A DNA stretch of 64,000 nt from a virus (IMGVR_UViG_3300011226_000001:192001-256000); one strand, 5' to 3'. Numbered from the stretch's first letter, positions 9,206 to 19,323 are shown. Notes: generated by a model from the sequence alone, not told the origin. A program made the numbers and translations.

Positions 9206-11152
9206 ATGCAAATCTCTTTGAAGCGGCTCGAAAAGAATCCTGATAAGATTCTGGACACGCTCAATCTAACTCAAGCGACGAAGCTGGTGGCGCATCTCGA
9301 CGATGCGTTTCACACTGACTCTGAGGGTTTGATATCCGACGCCGTGTACGATCACATTCGCAACTACATCGACAAGCGCTGGCCTAAGTCTAAGCTGGCG
9401 CGTAAAGTCGGTGCGCGTGATGATTCTGATGTTAAGCTGCCTGTACCAATGGCAAGTCTTGACCAGTTCGTTCTCGGTGGTAAGCAGTTGACGAAAGCTC
9501 TGGCAGAAGACGTTGACTGGATTCTTACTGACAAGCTCGACGGCCTGAGCATTGAGATCGTTTACGAGAAAGGCGTACCTGTTCGTGCGCTTACTCGTGG
9601 CGATGCAACTCACGGTAAAGACGTGTCACAGCATTTACCTGCTATGCGTATACCTCAGAAAATCTCTGAGAAAGGTCAAGTCGTGTTGCGTTGTGAAGCG
9701 CTAATCCCGTACAAAACCTTTATGGCGAAGCTGCATGAATCTGCTGGTGGCCGCTTCAAAGCTGCACGTAACGCTGCATCTGGTCTGGTACGTAACTTCG
9801 AAACAGCGAAAGAGTTCAAGTACGTCCACATGGTGTGCTTCGGTATCATCGGTGGTAAGGGCGCTACACTCAAACAGTCTTCGCAGTTCAAGCTGTTAGA
9901 GAAATGGGGATTTGAGGTGGTTCGCCACTTCGGTCCTCTGCGCTTCGAGTCAGAAGAAGAACTCATTCCGTGGTTGGACAAACGCATTTCTAAGGCGAAG
10001 TATGAACTTGATGGGATTGTAATGACCCGTGATATTCCTACGCCTAAAGCAACTGCGAGCAATCCTAAACACGCTTTCAAGTTCAAGATGAACGTTGAGT
10101 CAGACACGGTTATTGTGACTGTCAAAGACGTAATCTATCAAGAGTCTAAGTACGGTGTACTCGCACCTGTCGCGCTGTTCCCACCTACTGTTATGCCTGG
10201 TGGTGTCACAGTCGAACGTGCTTCTGCGCACAACGGCTTCTACGTTGAGCACGGCTATCTCAAGCCGAAGAAGAAAGGTGCTGTCATGGGACCTAAGCGT
10301 CCTCTTGGCCCAGGCGCTAAGGTTAAGTTGATTCGAAGCGGCAAGGTTATTCCATACATCATGGAAATCCTCAAGCCTGCTAAGAAGCCTAAGCTGCCTG
10401 ACGTACAGTACAAGATCAATGGCGTTGAGTTCGTCGCTAAGACGAAGACCAGTGCTGCTGACTCTCGTATGCTCGGCTCGTTCTTGAAAGGGCTTGACGT
10501 TGCGAACACAGGACCGAGTACGTGTAAGCTGCTCGTTGCTTCTGGTATCAAAACTCCTCAGCAATTGTTCGATGCGTCTATGGCTGCGTTGCGTGAGATC
10601 GTTGGTGATTCACGCGGTCGTCAGTTAGCGAAAGACCTGAAAGCGTTGAAAGCTGGTGTACCGATGAATACGTGGCTGAAAGCTACAGCTTCATTCTTTA
10701 TGCGCGGTGCTAACACAACGTTTGATAAGGTTGTCGATGCCATTCCTAACCTTGAGTATTATCTCAAGCGCGGGTACACTGCTGATCTGACTCTCAAGGT
10801 CAACAGTATGCACGGTGTCGATAAGCTGGCTCCTCAGATTGCTGATGCTGCTATCAAGTCGTACATGATGGCCTCAGAGATGGGCGTGACTCTCGTTGCA
10901 CCGAAGAAAGTGAAAGTGGTTAGCACTAAGCTCAAAGGCGTTAACGTAGCATTCACTGGTGTGCGTGATCGTGACCTGATGAAACGCATTGTCGAACTTG
11001 GTGGCGTTGCGTCTGACGGCATGAAAGCTGACACGTCGATTCTGATTGCTAAAGACCCTGGCTCTGGTTCCGCGAAGCTACAGAAAGCGATTGACAAGGG
11101 CATTCCTGTTATGAGCATTGCGGAGTTCAAGAGCAAATACAAACTGGAGTGA
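9206..11152 (+). CDS. ligA: NAD-dependent DNA ligase
   Basis: SDAVYD (domain Ia), PMASLD, adenylation motif TDKLDG, ALTRGD, RNAASG, ELDGIV, AFKF, RSGKVIP and a C-terminal BRCT (VAFTG...GSGSAKLQKA...GIPVMS). GGAG RBS before ATG 9206. Confidence 0.95.
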   Translation: MQISLKRLEKNPDKILDTLNLTQATKLVAHLDDAFHTDSEGLISDAVYDHIRNYIDKRWPKSKLARKVGARDDSDVKLPVPMASLDQFVLGGKQLTKALAEDVDWILTDKLDGLSIEIVYEKGVPVRALTRGDATHGKDVSQHLPAMRIPQKISEKGQVVLRCEALIPYKTFMAKLHESAGGRFKAARNAASGLVRNFETAKEFKYVHMVCFGIIGGKGATLKQSSQFKLLEKWGFEVVRHFGPLRFESEEELIPWLDKRISKAKYELDGIVMTRDIPTPKATASNPKHAFKFKMNVESDTVIVTVKDVIYQESKYGVLAPVALFPPTVMPGGVTVERASAHNGFYVEHGYLKPKKKGAVMGPKRPLGPGAKVKLIRSGKVIPYIMEILKPAKKPKLPDVQYKINGVEFVAKTKTSAADSRMLGSFLKGLDVANTGPSTCKLLVASGIKTPQQLFDASMAALREIVGDSRGRQLAKDLKALKAGVPMNTWLKATASFFMRGANTTFDKVVDAIPNLEYYLKRGYTADLTLKVNSMHGVDKLAPQIADAAIKSYMMASEMGVTLVAPKKVKVVSTKLKGVNVAFTGVRDRDLMKRIVELGGVASDGMKADTSILIAKDPGSGSAKLQKAIDKGIPVMSIAEFKSKYKLE

Positions 11153-12072
11153 TTATGCTCTCTTTGCCTTGTACGTTCGACTACTGGCGTAACTATAAAC
11201 CGCTGGCTCCGAACCTGACTGTGCGAGTGCGTAACTCAGGTGAAACTGAGATAACGCTCGAAAAGATCTTACAAGGCGCTCGTGATGAAGTGACGTTGCA
11301 TAGCCCTACTGAGGGTGTGCTTGATAAAGTGCCAGCTCAAAGGGGTTGGCGCCTTTCTGCTATCAAGGTTAATGACCCGATGGTCGGCACAGTGCGATTG
11401 AACAACTTCAACGATGCGTTCATCTACAGTCCACGAAGCGGTTACGTTGGCGCTGACTGTTTCGCTTACATCCTGACTAACGGTACGCAGCAATCAGACT
11501 CAGGTACGATTACCCTTGATGTTTATCAGTGGTACACGTATCAGATGCTGGTGTACAGACTGAACACGCAGAAGACATATCATCGTTTCACTGCGAAGCC
11601 GTTCATGAAGTACGCTTCCGGTCAGGCATCATTGAAGCCTGTCAAGTTCGCGCAGATTAGCTGGTACTACAACCAGTATCGTGCAGAGACAGACGCTCAG
11701 GGTGTGAAGCGAATTTTCAAGCGTCGTACTATCATGCAATCAACTGTTGCTGATTATACCTCTTACTACAACCATCGAGTGTATGCGCCTACCGTGATCG
11801 ACAGCGCGGAAGAAATTCGTGCATACACTTATTTCGATGACTCTCTCGGTACGGGCTTTGATGGTAACTATTCCCACCCATTCGTACCGAAGAACTCACA
11901 GGGCGACATTGAACTTGAGATACGGCTCTACACTGAGGAAAGAACGGTGTGGAATCCGTACACGCAGCAATATATGCTGCAAGTCGATCTCGACCAACCT
12001 ATCATCCTTGACTATCGCCTGTCTGATATCTATGGCAAGCAGTGGTGGGATAGTGGTAACATTTTAGTATAA
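11149..12072 (+). CDS. Ig-like (Big_9/cadherin-like) domain virion protein
   Basis: GTVRL...FIYSPRSGYVGADCFAYILTNG matches the bacterial Ig-like tandem-repeat pattern. Confidence 0.6.
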   Translation: MIMLSLPCTFDYWRNYKPLAPNLTVRVRNSGETEITLEKILQGARDEVTLHSPTEGVLDKVPAQRGWRLSAIKVNDPMVGTVRLNNFNDAFIYSPRSGYVGADCFAYILTNGTQQSDSGTITLDVYQWYTYQMLVYRLNTQKTYHRFTAKPFMKYASGQASLKPVKFAQISWYYNQYRAETDAQGVKRIFKRRTIMQSTVADYTSYYNHRVYAPTVIDSAEEIRAYTYFDDSLGTGFDGNYSHPFVPKNSQGDIELEIRLYTEERTVWNPYTQQYMLQVDLDQPIILDYRLSDIYGKQWWDSGNILV

Positions 12073-12088
12073 CCCAAATGAGGCAAAC

Positions 12089-13336
12089 ATGAGAATCTGC
12101 GTAGCGGCTATCTGCCGTAATGAAGAAAAGAATATCGGTGAGTGGTTGAAGCACGTTGCTAAGGCTGATGCGATTAGTATCGTTGACACAGGCAGCGAAG
12201 ACCAGACTACTAACATCATCTCGGCGTTCACGCACCCGAACCTGTATCATATGTTCGACGTATCAGAAGAACGTAATCTAGGCGCGAGTCGTGAACTGGC
12301 CGCTACGCCGTTCTCCGAAGATGACCTCGTTGTGTGGCTAGACATTGACGAACGTTTCGATGATCCTGATTGGGTTGAAACGTTACGCAATACGAAACAC
12401 ATCAAACACGCAGAAGCTGTTTGGATTCTGATGCGCAACGGTGACAGTCACTACCAGCAAATGAAAGCGTATCGTCGTCGCTCTTACTTCTGGAAGTATC
12501 GTGCGCATGAAGTCCTGTCTTCCCGTAAGCCTGGACAGAACTTGCGTTGGGTGGAAGCAACGTTTGCAACAGACCATTACCCTGATCAGACAAAGCCTCG
12601 CAACTATTTGCTTGAGCTGGGTAAAGACGTTGGTGATTACCCGCATGATGATCGTTGCAGTTTCTACTATGCGCGTGAGCTGTGCTACGCAGTAAGCTAC
12701 AACGAACGCCCTGATTTGCTGGATGATGCGCGTCGTGAAGTAGACCGCCTTGCTGGTATTGCTAAGTGGGCAGACTACGTATCAATCGCTAACCTTGAAC
12801 TGGCAAAAGCAACGTTCAAACAGGGCTTCACTCAGGAAGCGATTGCTGCTTGTTATCGGGCAATAGCGTACCGTCCTGACCGCATTGAATGCTACGGTAT
12901 GATTGCTGATATCTTCTATCGTCACAACGATATGATGAACGCTGTGGGTATGGCCATTCAAGGCATTGATGCCTATAAGCAGAATCCAAAAAGTTTCTTG
13001 TTTGACCAGACCTCTATTAATTTAGATCTATGTTACGAAACAGCTTATTGGGGCTGTCGTAATCTCGGTATGGTTGAACCTGCTCTCAACTACCTCGCTC
13101 AACTCACCATGCTACGTGGTGAAGATCTGAATGAGGCAATTCAGAACTCTGGGCTGCTCTCATACATGCAGCCCGCTACTCAGGAAGAATCAAATGACAG
13201 TACAGCGAATGAAGTCAACGTCGGGGGTGCAGAGACTCAAGACGGCTCCAGCTCCGAACATAGTGAGCAGCTCCGAGCAGATGACTATCAAGTTAGGGGA
13301 GTCTCTGACGCCAGCGAACAAAGCAAGCCTGATTAA
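12089..13336 (+). CDS. GT2-family glycosyltransferase with TPR-like C-terminal region
   Basis: ICRNEEKNI, IVDTGSED, DxD motif WLDIDE, WKYRAHE, FYYARE and helical TPR-like repeats. Confidence 0.85.
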   Translation: MRICVAAICRNEEKNIGEWLKHVAKADAISIVDTGSEDQTTNIISAFTHPNLYHMFDVSEERNLGASRELAATPFSEDDLVVWLDIDERFDDPDWVETLRNTKHIKHAEAVWILMRNGDSHYQQMKAYRRRSYFWKYRAHEVLSSRKPGQNLRWVEATFATDHYPDQTKPRNYLLELGKDVGDYPHDDRCSFYYARELCYAVSYNERPDLLDDARREVDRLAGIAKWADYVSIANLELAKATFKQGFTQEAIAACYRAIAYRPDRIECYGMIADIFYRHNDMMNAVGMAIQGIDAYKQNPKSFLFDQTSINLDLCYETAYWGCRNLGMVEPALNYLAQLTMLRGEDLNEAIQNSGLLSYMQPATQEESNDSTANEVNVGGAETQDGSSSEHSEQLRADDYQVRGVSDASEQSKPD

Positions 13337-14072
13337 CGCCTTTGAACTGGCTGCGCGTAAGAAGCTCGGTCAGTCAATTACACCAGAAGATATTCTGAGT
13401 GTGGCAAAGCGTACTGTCGTTCCTGCTATCGCTGCGCGTATCTACACTGAGATTGCGAACTCGACCGAGAAGCAAACGTTCATGACTATGGCGCGTCTTG
13501 CTATCGGTCTGTCTGAAATCTATTGCAAGAAAGCTGGCCTGACGGCTGGCTCTCAGGGAACGCAGATGCCTGTTGTTATCGGCGGTTATTTCATTAACCG
13601 TGTGCTTAACGATAGCTCCAGCACCATCGCACAAATCAACGCGATCAATCTGCCTATCGAGCAGAAGTTTGCTGCGCTGTTTGAATCGTTCTGGTCGTCG
13701 TTGGATATCGAAGCGCTGAAAGAGAAGATGGTTCCACGCTCTGAGTCTGCTTCTCGCGTAACGTTCAAGACCATCAAGTCGCCTGATATCTACAAAGGCA
13801 CTGAGCAGATTAGTTATGCTGTCAATGCTGGTGGACGTGTATGCGGTAAGATTTCGTGGGATAAAGCGTGTGGTGAATGCTCTGAGAAATCTACCGGCTG
13901 GGTAGTAACCCTGTTCGATGGTTTCAACGAGGCTGCGTATCGCTCTGGGCGTAGTGCGAACGCGCATGAACCATTCACTGCTGTCCATAAAGGTGAAGTC
14001 AAGTTGCACAACCCTGCACGTATGACTTTGGCTCTCGCTAAGTCTTGGGCGCGTGGTGCATTGCGAGGTTAA
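13194..14072 (+). CDS. Hypothetical protein (overlaps the GT 3' end)
   Basis: AGGAAG before ATG 13194. Contains RSESAS. Confidence 0.6.
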   Translation: MTVQRMKSTSGVQRLKTAPAPNIVSSSEQMTIKLGESLTPANKASLINAFELAARKKLGQSITPEDILSVAKRTVVPAIAARIYTEIANSTEKQTFMTMARLAIGLSEIYCKKAGLTAGSQGTQMPVVIGGYFINRVLNDSSSTIAQINAINLPIEQKFAALFESFWSSLDIEALKEKMVPRSESASRVTFKTIKSPDIYKGTEQISYAVNAGGRVCGKISWDKACGECSEKSTGWVVTLFDGFNEAAYRSGRSANAHEPFTAVHKGEVKLHNPARMTLALAKSWARGALRG

Positions 14073-14073
14073 C

Positions 14074-14490
14074 ATGCCGCAATTCTCTTTTGACTATAAC
14101 ATTGGTGACATTGTTTCGTTTGAAGTTCCCTCGAAGCATTGCTCACCGTGTATTCTGCGTGGCACTATCAATTCGATTCTGATCAATAAAGATGAAGCTA
14201 TCTATATGATTGGAAGTCGCTACGCACAGCACCCGGTTCCGGAGAAGGATATCGTCAAGCCTATATTCAGTACGAAATCCTTCGACGTGTTTTATCCTGG
14301 CGTTGAGGTTATTGCGACACTGAAAGATTCAGGCCGAGAAGTTCTTGCGTATGTTGAAAACGCAGTAATTTCAGATGGACGGCTACGCTACTGGTTAAGC
14401 ACTATGGACGGACTCAATGCTTTTCAAGTTGAAGAGGGGTGTGTCCGCTTAGCCAACGCAAGCGCTGATAACATCAACAATTTCCAATAG
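14074..14490 (+). CDS. Hypothetical protein, two small beta-barrel-like repeats
   Basis: GAGGT RBS before ATG 14074. YNIGDIV and FYPGVEV repeats. Confidence 0.55.
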   Translation: MPQFSFDYNIGDIVSFEVPSKHCSPCILRGTINSILINKDEAIYMIGSRYAQHPVPEKDIVKPIFSTKSFDVFYPGVEVIATLKDSGREVLAYVENAVISDGRLRYWLSTMDGLNAFQVEEGCVRLANASADNINNFQ

Positions 14491-14500
14491 GGAGAACACG

Positions 14501-15280
14501 ATGACCCAGACAGTAAAGTCTGAATCGTTTGATACGTCAGACATGGGCCTCGTCGGATTGAACGCGATTGACATGCACAAAGAAGATGTTAGCCGTACAG
14601 CTAAATCTATTCGTGTGGATGCTTCTCGCTTCGGTATTCAGACAGGTTCCTTTAACCTTGACGTGAACGTGTGGTTGCCTAAAGCAGCCGAGCAATACAA
14701 CACGTCACGCGATATCCGCGACTATATCATCGTTCCTGTTCCGGTAAACATCACTGAACTGCCGAACACTAACGGTGATGCGTTTAGTCTGCAAGAGTGG
14801 TTGACGTTCAACCCAGACCAAGGCCGTCTTGCTTATCAGACGTTCATTGGTAAGCCGACGTTTATCGAGCACAACAACAAAGACTACCGCCAAGCCATGG
14901 GCATGATCTTTGACTCTAACCTGTCTAAGCTCAAAAACTTCCGTGGCGATCACGCACGTCTGACTCTGCTGCTGGCGTTTGACCGTACGCGTTGTAAAGA
15001 GCGCTGCGACCGAATCCTGAGCGGTGAACTGAACACGTACTCAAAAGGCACAACGTATCGTGCGTATAAATGCAGCATCTGTGGTCAGTTGGTAACGCCT
15101 AAGATGCGTAACTTCTGTTCGCATACAGCGTTTAACAAACCGACCTATCTCGATGCTCGTACAGGTCGTCTGGTCTATCGTGACTGTAAGATGCTTACCG
15201 GCTTCGAATGCAGTAGCGTAGATGACCCAGCATTCGCCTGTGCTGCAACGTACAAAGAACATCTGTTAAGGATGGCGTGA
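14501..15280 (+). CDS. Putative prohead protease
   Basis: NTNGDAF, FIGKPTFIEHNN (His), ILSGELNTYSKG (Ser), CSICG..CSH and FECSSVDDPAF fit HK97/T4-type maturation proteases. Lies upstream of scaffold and capsid genes. Confidence 0.7.
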   Translation: MTQTVKSESFDTSDMGLVGLNAIDMHKEDVSRTAKSIRVDASRFGIQTGSFNLDVNVWLPKAAEQYNTSRDIRDYIIVPVPVNITELPNTNGDAFSLQEWLTFNPDQGRLAYQTFIGKPTFIEHNNKDYRQAMGMIFDSNLSKLKNFRGDHARLTLLLAFDRTRCKERCDRILSGELNTYSKGTTYRAYKCSICGQLVTPKMRNFCSHTAFNKPTYLDARTGRLVYRDCKMLTGFECSSVDDPAFACAATYKEHLLRMA

Positions 15281-16407
15281 TGCCAGAAGGTCTAGCAATC
15301 GCAGACTATTCGTACTATCGCTATCTTGGGCAGGCAGCAATGATCTCAAACGGCGTCCATATGGAACCGCGAGAGGTCATTGGCCTTCTCAAAGTAAACA
15401 GCGACCTGTACTACATAGCCCACCCTAAATACGATCAGGCATATGCAATCAGTGGAGAAGACGGTGACAAGCTCGTTCAGAATAGTCGCCCATTCACTGC
15501 TAAACCTGACGCTCTCTTTAAGCCTGGCTTCGACTTCACTCCTTACGAGGAGAAGCAGAAGAAACCCGAGCCACCAGCACCAGAACCCAAAGCCAAGCCT
15601 GTTAAACTCAGCAAAGAACCAGAGCCGGAACCAACACCTGACGTAGCTCCTGAACAGAGCGAAGAAGATACGCCTGATTCAATGAAAGCAGCGCAACGTC
15701 GTGTGGCTGATATGCCTGATTTTGGTAATTTCAAACCACTGAAATATGCCTCGGCAATCTATCCGGGTGGTACGCCTAATAACTACGCAACCAAGCCTGT
15801 CAAGAAGTGCGGACGTGTGCATCTTGAAATACTGGGTATGGATGACTTGCGTGTGCCGGGCGTTACGCTTGAGAAAAACGGCATTAGCCCTCCTGACTAT
15901 GTTCTGAAAGACATTCAGGAAAACGTTATGCCTGGCGTTGGCCTGAACCTTGAACTGCCATTTAAACGTCTGTATGTTGGCTTGTTAAAAGCTAACTCGG
16001 ATAGTGGTGGTAGTCACATCGCAACGTATCGCGTACATGGCTTCCTGTATGGTGCAATATCAATCCATCCAGCGCAGCTAGTACAGCTACTAGGTGGTTA
16101 TAATAGCCTGTCTATGGCACACGTTATTACGCATGAATTAGCCCACTTTGTGGACCATACAATGCTGCGTAACGTAGACCGTATGAAGTTCGAACAGGCC
16201 ATTCGCGGCAAGAAAATCCACCCGGATTCTATGAACGCGTTAACCATTAAATCAGTACCTGCGGAGCACTTTGCAACGCTTGCTGAACTGATGGTTTGGG
16301 GATATAGCCTGCGTAACGTTTATACGTTAAATGGCGTCGAAGTAGTGTCGAAATACTTCGAAAACAGATATATTCCACAAACTGACATTGATAGCAGAAA
16401 AATTTAA
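15280..16407 (+). CDS. Zincin-like metallopeptidase with N-terminal shared domain and Pro/Glu linker
   Basis: HExxH motif VITHELAHFVDH plus downstream EHFA. Confidence 0.6.
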   Translation: MPEGLAIADYSYYRYLGQAAMISNGVHMEPREVIGLLKVNSDLYYIAHPKYDQAYAISGEDGDKLVQNSRPFTAKPDALFKPGFDFTPYEEKQKKPEPPAPEPKAKPVKLSKEPEPEPTPDVAPEQSEEDTPDSMKAAQRRVADMPDFGNFKPLKYASAIYPGGTPNNYATKPVKKCGRVHLEILGMDDLRVPGVTLEKNGISPPDYVLKDIQENVMPGVGLNLELPFKRLYVGLLKANSDSGGSHIATYRVHGFLYGAISIHPAQLVQLLGGYNSLSMAHVITHELAHFVDHTMLRNVDRMKFEQAIRGKKIHPDSMNALTIKSVPAEHFATLAELMVWGYSLRNVYTLNGVEVVSKYFENRYIPQTDIDSRKI

Positions 16408-16432
16408 AAATACTTGAATTTTTTCTGCAATC

Positions 16433-16440
16433 GTTAATTT
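16433..16440 (+). promoter_or_regulatory. Candidate late promoter (GTTAATTT variant) for the head operon
   Basis: Variant of the recurrent motif, preceded by an AT-rich hairpin (16394-16428). Confidence 0.45.
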
Positions 16441-16485
16441 CAACCTGTCGATTCAACGACTATAAATTTAATGAGGGTTTTAACC

Positions 16486-18504
16486 ATGCCAAAGATTACC
16501 CAACTCGCGGGTATCCTGTGTGTCGGTCAAAACCATAATCAGGCAGTAGAGAACTTTCGCCGTACTGCAACCGGTCAGAACCTGATGATTTTCGGGTCCT
16601 CTGATGGTGTAGGCTTTGCTTCGCAGAGTGGCGCTGATCTCTACAATCCGAACGGCGGTGAAGAACTGCTGGTGGAGCATCCTGATTTGGTTGAGAAAGC
16701 CGAAGTCCAGTCGCAGTCCTCTGCTGGTGATGTGAAAGCTCATTACACCATCTGTCTTGATGGTTGTGGTAGCCACGTTATCTCTGACTCTGCTGCTCTG
16801 GTTCAGGGCTGCTGCCCGTCGTGCTCTGCTGACCTGTCAGAAATCACTGACGAGCGTGTTACTCAGTTCCTGGCCGAATCCGCTTCTGCTGACGAACAGA
16901 TTGAACACACTGGTCTGGTTGCTACAGGCAAGACTGCCGAAGCTGCACAACGTAACTTCGCGCTGGCACTGAGCAACGCACACGCGTTCACCGCGCTGTC
17001 TGGTACTGGTAGCTTCAATGCTGCTACTGCCGTAAACTTCGACCCGTACACCGGCCAGTCCGTTGAGAAATGCGAACCGCAGGAAGCTCCAGAAGCTCTC
17101 GCTGCGCTGTCCTCTGCTGACGGTGAAGTCGAAGCGCACATGTATAGCTGCTCCGCTAAATGCGAACAGCCGTTCACTGTAAGCTCTGATGAAGAGCCTG
17201 TGTTCTGTGCGCACTGTTCTGCCGCTCTGGTCGACGAGCCGATTGAATCTCAGTCTGGCGACGACGATAGCGACATTGATATCATTGAAGAAGACGACCT
17301 CGACGACGAAGAATCTGGCGACGAGGATGACGACTTCGATTCTGAATCATCTAACGATGACGAAGACGATGATATCGACGACGAGGATGACCTCGACGAA
17401 GACGATCTGGACGAAGACGATCTGGACGACGAAGACATGGAAGATCTGGAAGATGATGAAGAAGACGACTTCGATTCTGAATCCAGTTCCGATGACGACG
17501 AAGACCTCGACGACGAAGATGATCTCGAACTCGACGACGAAGACCTGGAAGAAGATGATATCGACTCTGAATCCGGCTCTGACGACGACGAAGATCTCGA
17601 CGACGAAGACCTGGAAGAAGACGATCTCGACCTCGATGACGAAGACGATATCGACTCTGAAAGCGGCACTGTCTCTCGTACCTTCGATAGTCTGTCCACT
17701 GCACAAGCGCAACACGGTACGCTGGACCCTGCTCTGGTAAGCCTTAGCCGCGCTACTGGCACCCTGAACACTGTACACATGTACTACGATGGTCAGCCGA
17801 TTGCTCGCGCTACTCTCGCTTCTGTGTCCGGTGCTGTAGGCGAAGAAAATGCGGTGAAATCTTTCGCATCTGATAATTTCATTCGTGCAGTATCACACTC
17901 TCTGAATCAGGCGGGTGTTACTGGTACCTGTGAAGCGTTCGGCTTTATGCCGTATCAGATTGAAATGCCTGTCGAAAAACTTCTGGCTGCGCAGTCTGAC
18001 GCACGTATTAGCGAAGCTACTACGAACGTTACCGGCACTATCGAAGAAGCAAACGCAGCGTATGCTGACCGCTTCGTCGCTGCCCTGTCTGCATCCCAGC
18101 TGGGTGTTACCAAAAACTTCTGGGGTGATGTGCGCAACCCAATCGTTGATAGCCTGGTTAGCTCTCTGTCTGCTGCCGGTATCAAAGAGCCTCGCGCTCT
18201 GATTGAACGTGCGTTTATCGCTCATGGCAAAGACTTCCTGACTACTTCGCTGTCAAAAGCGATGGACCTCATGAGCAAGTCCGAAGTCGCCCAGAACGAA
18301 ATCTCTGAGTCTATCGACGCTGCTGCTGGCACTGTAAGTGCTGAACGCGCATCGGTTGTTCAACAGCAGGTTGTAACCGCTCAGCCTAAAGCTCCGGCGA
18401 CCGCTGCTGAATTGCTTGCTCAGGGTAACGACACCGTTGAATCCCAGAGTTCAGCTTCCACTGGCTCATTCGAAGATAAGCTGTCCCGTCTGCGCCTCGG
18501 TTAA
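16486..18504 (+). CDS. Putative prohead scaffold/core protein with Cys-pair motifs and an extreme acidic tract
   Basis: Between protease and capsid genes. CLDGC, CPSC, CSAKC and CAHC motifs; ~140-aa D/E tract punctuated by DSES. Confidence 0.65.
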   Translation: MPKITQLAGILCVGQNHNQAVENFRRTATGQNLMIFGSSDGVGFASQSGADLYNPNGGEELLVEHPDLVEKAEVQSQSSAGDVKAHYTICLDGCGSHVISDSAALVQGCCPSCSADLSEITDERVTQFLAESASADEQIEHTGLVATGKTAEAAQRNFALALSNAHAFTALSGTGSFNAATAVNFDPYTGQSVEKCEPQEAPEALAALSSADGEVEAHMYSCSAKCEQPFTVSSDEEPVFCAHCSAALVDEPIESQSGDDDSDIDIIEEDDLDDEESGDEDDDFDSESSNDDEDDDIDDEDDLDEDDLDEDDLDDEDMEDLEDDEEDDFDSESSSDDDEDLDDEDDLELDDEDLEEDDIDSESGSDDDEDLDDEDLEEDDLDLDDEDDIDSESGTVSRTFDSLSTAQAQHGTLDPALVSLSRATGTLNTVHMYYDGQPIARATLASVSGAVGEENAVKSFASDNFIRAVSHSLNQAGVTGTCEAFGFMPYQIEMPVEKLLAAQSDARISEATTNVTGTIEEANAAYADRFVAALSASQLGVTKNFWGDVRNPIVDSLVSSLSAAGIKEPRALIERAFIAHGKDFLTTSLSKAMDLMSKSEVAQNEISESIDAAAGTVSAERASVVQQQVVTAQPKAPATAAELLAQGNDTVESQSSASTGSFEDKLSRLRLG

Positions 18505-18556
18505 CTGAGGCCTACCCTGACAGTTACTTTCTAATCTCTCTTATTGGAGAAACATC

Positions 18557-19264
18557 ATGCTGTTTCAAAATGCTACCGATATCGTACAGACCCAGGAAGC
18601 TGACCTGCTGCCGGGCGAAGTAATTCACGAAGAAGGCGTTGCGCTGGTTTGGGCCCGTGAAGGCGGCCACTCTTTCCTGCGTCTGTCTACTGGTGCTGCT
18701 AACGAAGTATTCGCCGGTTTTGCTCTGGCTCGCTCTATGCCGCCTGCGCACATGAACCGTGTTGAAGAGTTCGTTATCGACGCTACCAAAAAGTTCACTG
18801 CATCACGCGTACCGAACGCTGGCGCACTGCTGGTTAAAATCGACGGCGTTAAAGCTGATCAGGAAGCGAACGCTGCTCCTTCCGAAGCTGGCGCTGTTGG
18901 TGTTCAGGGTGCTGACCTGTACTTCCACGCTGACGACCAGGGTAAGAAAGTTCGCATCCAGTATGCTTACGAACTGACCGTGACCGAAGCGCGTTCTTAC
19001 ACTGCTGATGCACCTATCGGTGGTCTGCCGTCTAACGTTGAAGGCCGCGTCGGCTACATCAAACTGGGTAACATCGCTACCTCTATGTTTGACCCGACTG
19101 CTGACTGGTCTGCTGACAACGTTATTCACCCAACTCTCGGCCCGAACGGTCTGCTGACCATCGGCGGTCAGGGTACTGTGCTGAAAGGCTGCATCATCAA
19201 ACAGGCACCGACCACTGATCGCGGTTACCTGATCGTTGAAATGTCTTCCTCTTACGGCGCCTAA
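18557..19264 (+). CDS. Capsid-associated structural (decoration-like) protein
   Basis: Immediately upstream of the major capsid gene, strong GGAG RBS, codon usage like the capsid gene. Confidence 0.55.
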   Translation: MLFQNATDIVQTQEADLLPGEVIHEEGVALVWAREGGHSFLRLSTGAANEVFAGFALARSMPPAHMNRVEEFVIDATKKFTASRVPNAGALLVKIDGVKADQEANAAPSEAGAVGVQGADLYFHADDQGKKVRIQYAYELTVTEARSYTADAPIGGLPSNVEGRVGYIKLGNIATSMFDPTADWSADNVIHPTLGPNGLLTIGGQGTVLKGCIIKQAPTTDRGYLIVEMSSSYGA

Positions 19265-19323
19265 TCGTCGCGCACCGTAACTGTTTGAACTGAAACTTAC
19301 GAGATTATTCTCAGGAGCAACTA

